This document shows positions 7,711-8,718 of a DNA stretch of 8,718 bases, in pieces. Source of the DNA: Amoeboaphelidium protococcarum X5 (lineage: Eukaryota; Fungi; Aphelidiomycota); the NCBI GenBank assembly GCA_023515725.1, contig JALDTO010000033.1, positions 1-8,718 of the forward strand. The letters run 5' to 3'. The translations under genes and the position numbers were made by a program. Numbering within the stretch: position 1 is the stretch's first letter; every line of letters starts with the position of its first letter. Under the pieces are notes generated by a model, which was given only the letters and a program-made list of their open reading frames with translations, had not been told where the DNA came from and did not search any database.

Positions 7711-8718
7711 TCAGTCATCCTGCTTATGCTTCTTATGCTCTCGTTTCTCTTTCTTGTCCTTTTTCTCCTTCTTCTCTTTCTTCTCCTTCTTCACCTTCTT
7801 ATCAGCAACCACATTTTCAGCACCATCCGCCTGCTTAATTTCTTCGCTATCGCTTCCACTCAGATTAGCATCGACGGCGCTTCTCTTGGCATCAGCATCA
7901 CTTGCGGTGGTTGGAGCCACTGGAGAAGTCTGCTGATCAGCTACTCTTTGCAGTTCAACGTACGATTAGGTCCACTCTTTAGGAGTTTGCTCGTTAGGCT
8001 GACCAAACTTGTCCAACTTTCCATCCTTGATCATCTTCTTCTTCTCGCTAGCCTTTGGACCCAGACCCCACTTTCTTGGATAGGTATCACGCTCCATGAT
8101 GACACGCTTAATCTTGGCTACCACACCATGATCACAGGACGCCATTTCTACAGTTGTCATTTGGGCAATACCCAAAGCGATCGCCTCACCTTTCGTGGTC
8201 ATTAGCACAACTTCTTCATTCTGTTCGATACCATTCTCGTAACGCAACAGACCTGGGATCATCAATTTGGCACCATAACATACGGCATTGATGGCAGAGT
8301 CCTTGACGACAATACGCTTGTACGAGACCAGCAGAGATTCCAATGGGCGGATAGCATGACGCAGATAAGTCTCATCACGCGTGTTATCATACAACCACTG
8401 AGCATCCAGAACATCATGCATAGTGACCATACTGTCAGACTCCGATGTAGCACCGGAGCGGACACGTCTCAATTCCTGCATATGAGCACCGACACCAAGC
8501 AAAAGTCCCAGGTGAACACACAGTGTACGAATATAAGTACCAGCCTCACAACTCACCCAAAATACAGCAAGACCGCGCTCATTATCAAACTCCAGCAGCT
8601 TGCTCTCATGAATGGTACGAATACGCAGCTATCTCTTCACAGCAGAAATCAAAGGTGGACGCTGGAATAGAGCACCAGTCAGAGTCTCCAACGCGGCCAC
8701 CAGTTTCTTCTCAGACTC
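7711..8718 (-). CDS. CBF5: H/ACA snoRNP pseudouridine synthase Cbf5/dyskerin, 5'-truncated by the window edge (C-terminal 335 aa)
   Basis: [17 protein letters not shown][TAG][44 protein letters not shown] domain ([24 protein letters not shown]...[18 protein letters not shown]), then EWT[TAA]SYV and a KKE-repeat tail. TGA at 7713-7711. Confidence 0.97.
7729..7800 (-). repeat. Coding low-complexity (AAG AAG GAG)-type repeat giving the KKE/D tail of Cbf5
   Basis: Translates as [24 protein letters not shown], a known feature of Cbf5/Nop56/Nop58 C-termini. Confidence 0.85.

Noticed and set aside
7726-8670. Hydrophobic Leu/Phe-rich plus-strand ORFs (7726-8205, 7754-7936, 8356-8670)
   Set aside because: Antisense to CBF5; the apparent transmembrane stretch is the reverse complement of the KKE repeat.
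274-8718. Pseudogene cluster, RIP-like C-to-T damage or sequencing errors explaining the in-frame stops
   Set aside because: There are no frameshifts, no internal TGA, Trp codons are intact, motifs in essential CBF5 are perfect, and every gene ends in TGA.
1-8718. tRNA (including UAR-decoding tRNA-Gln), rRNA, CRISPR array or transposon
   Set aside because: No cloverleaf, repeat-spacer array, terminal repeats or transposase/RT motifs were visible by eye, and the spacers are short.

Overview
Compact, intron-poor eukaryotic (fungus-like) genomic DNA with six protein-coding genes in strictly alternating orientation (+,-,+,-,+,-) and spacers of only 84-283 bp. The supplied ORF track looks fragmented because the DNA uses a non-standard nuclear genetic code: TAA and TAG are sense codons (Gln, translation table 6) and all six genes end at TGA. 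Read that way, the window encodes a sphingolipid C9-methyltransferase (274-1822, one intron), a 764-aa protein with several divergent HMG-box-like units (2018-4312, -), a short Rtf2 RING protein (4592-5098), a secreted, probably GPI-anchored protein with four tandem Ig-like beta-sandwich units (5258-6926, -, one intron), a TMEM42-like membrane protein (7210-7626) and the 3' part of CBF5/dyskerin (7711->8718, -). Fungal-type genes plus UAR=Gln best match the aphelid Amoeboaphelidium protococcarum, where this code is already reported. That source assignment is an inference. All translations and codon counts were done by hand.
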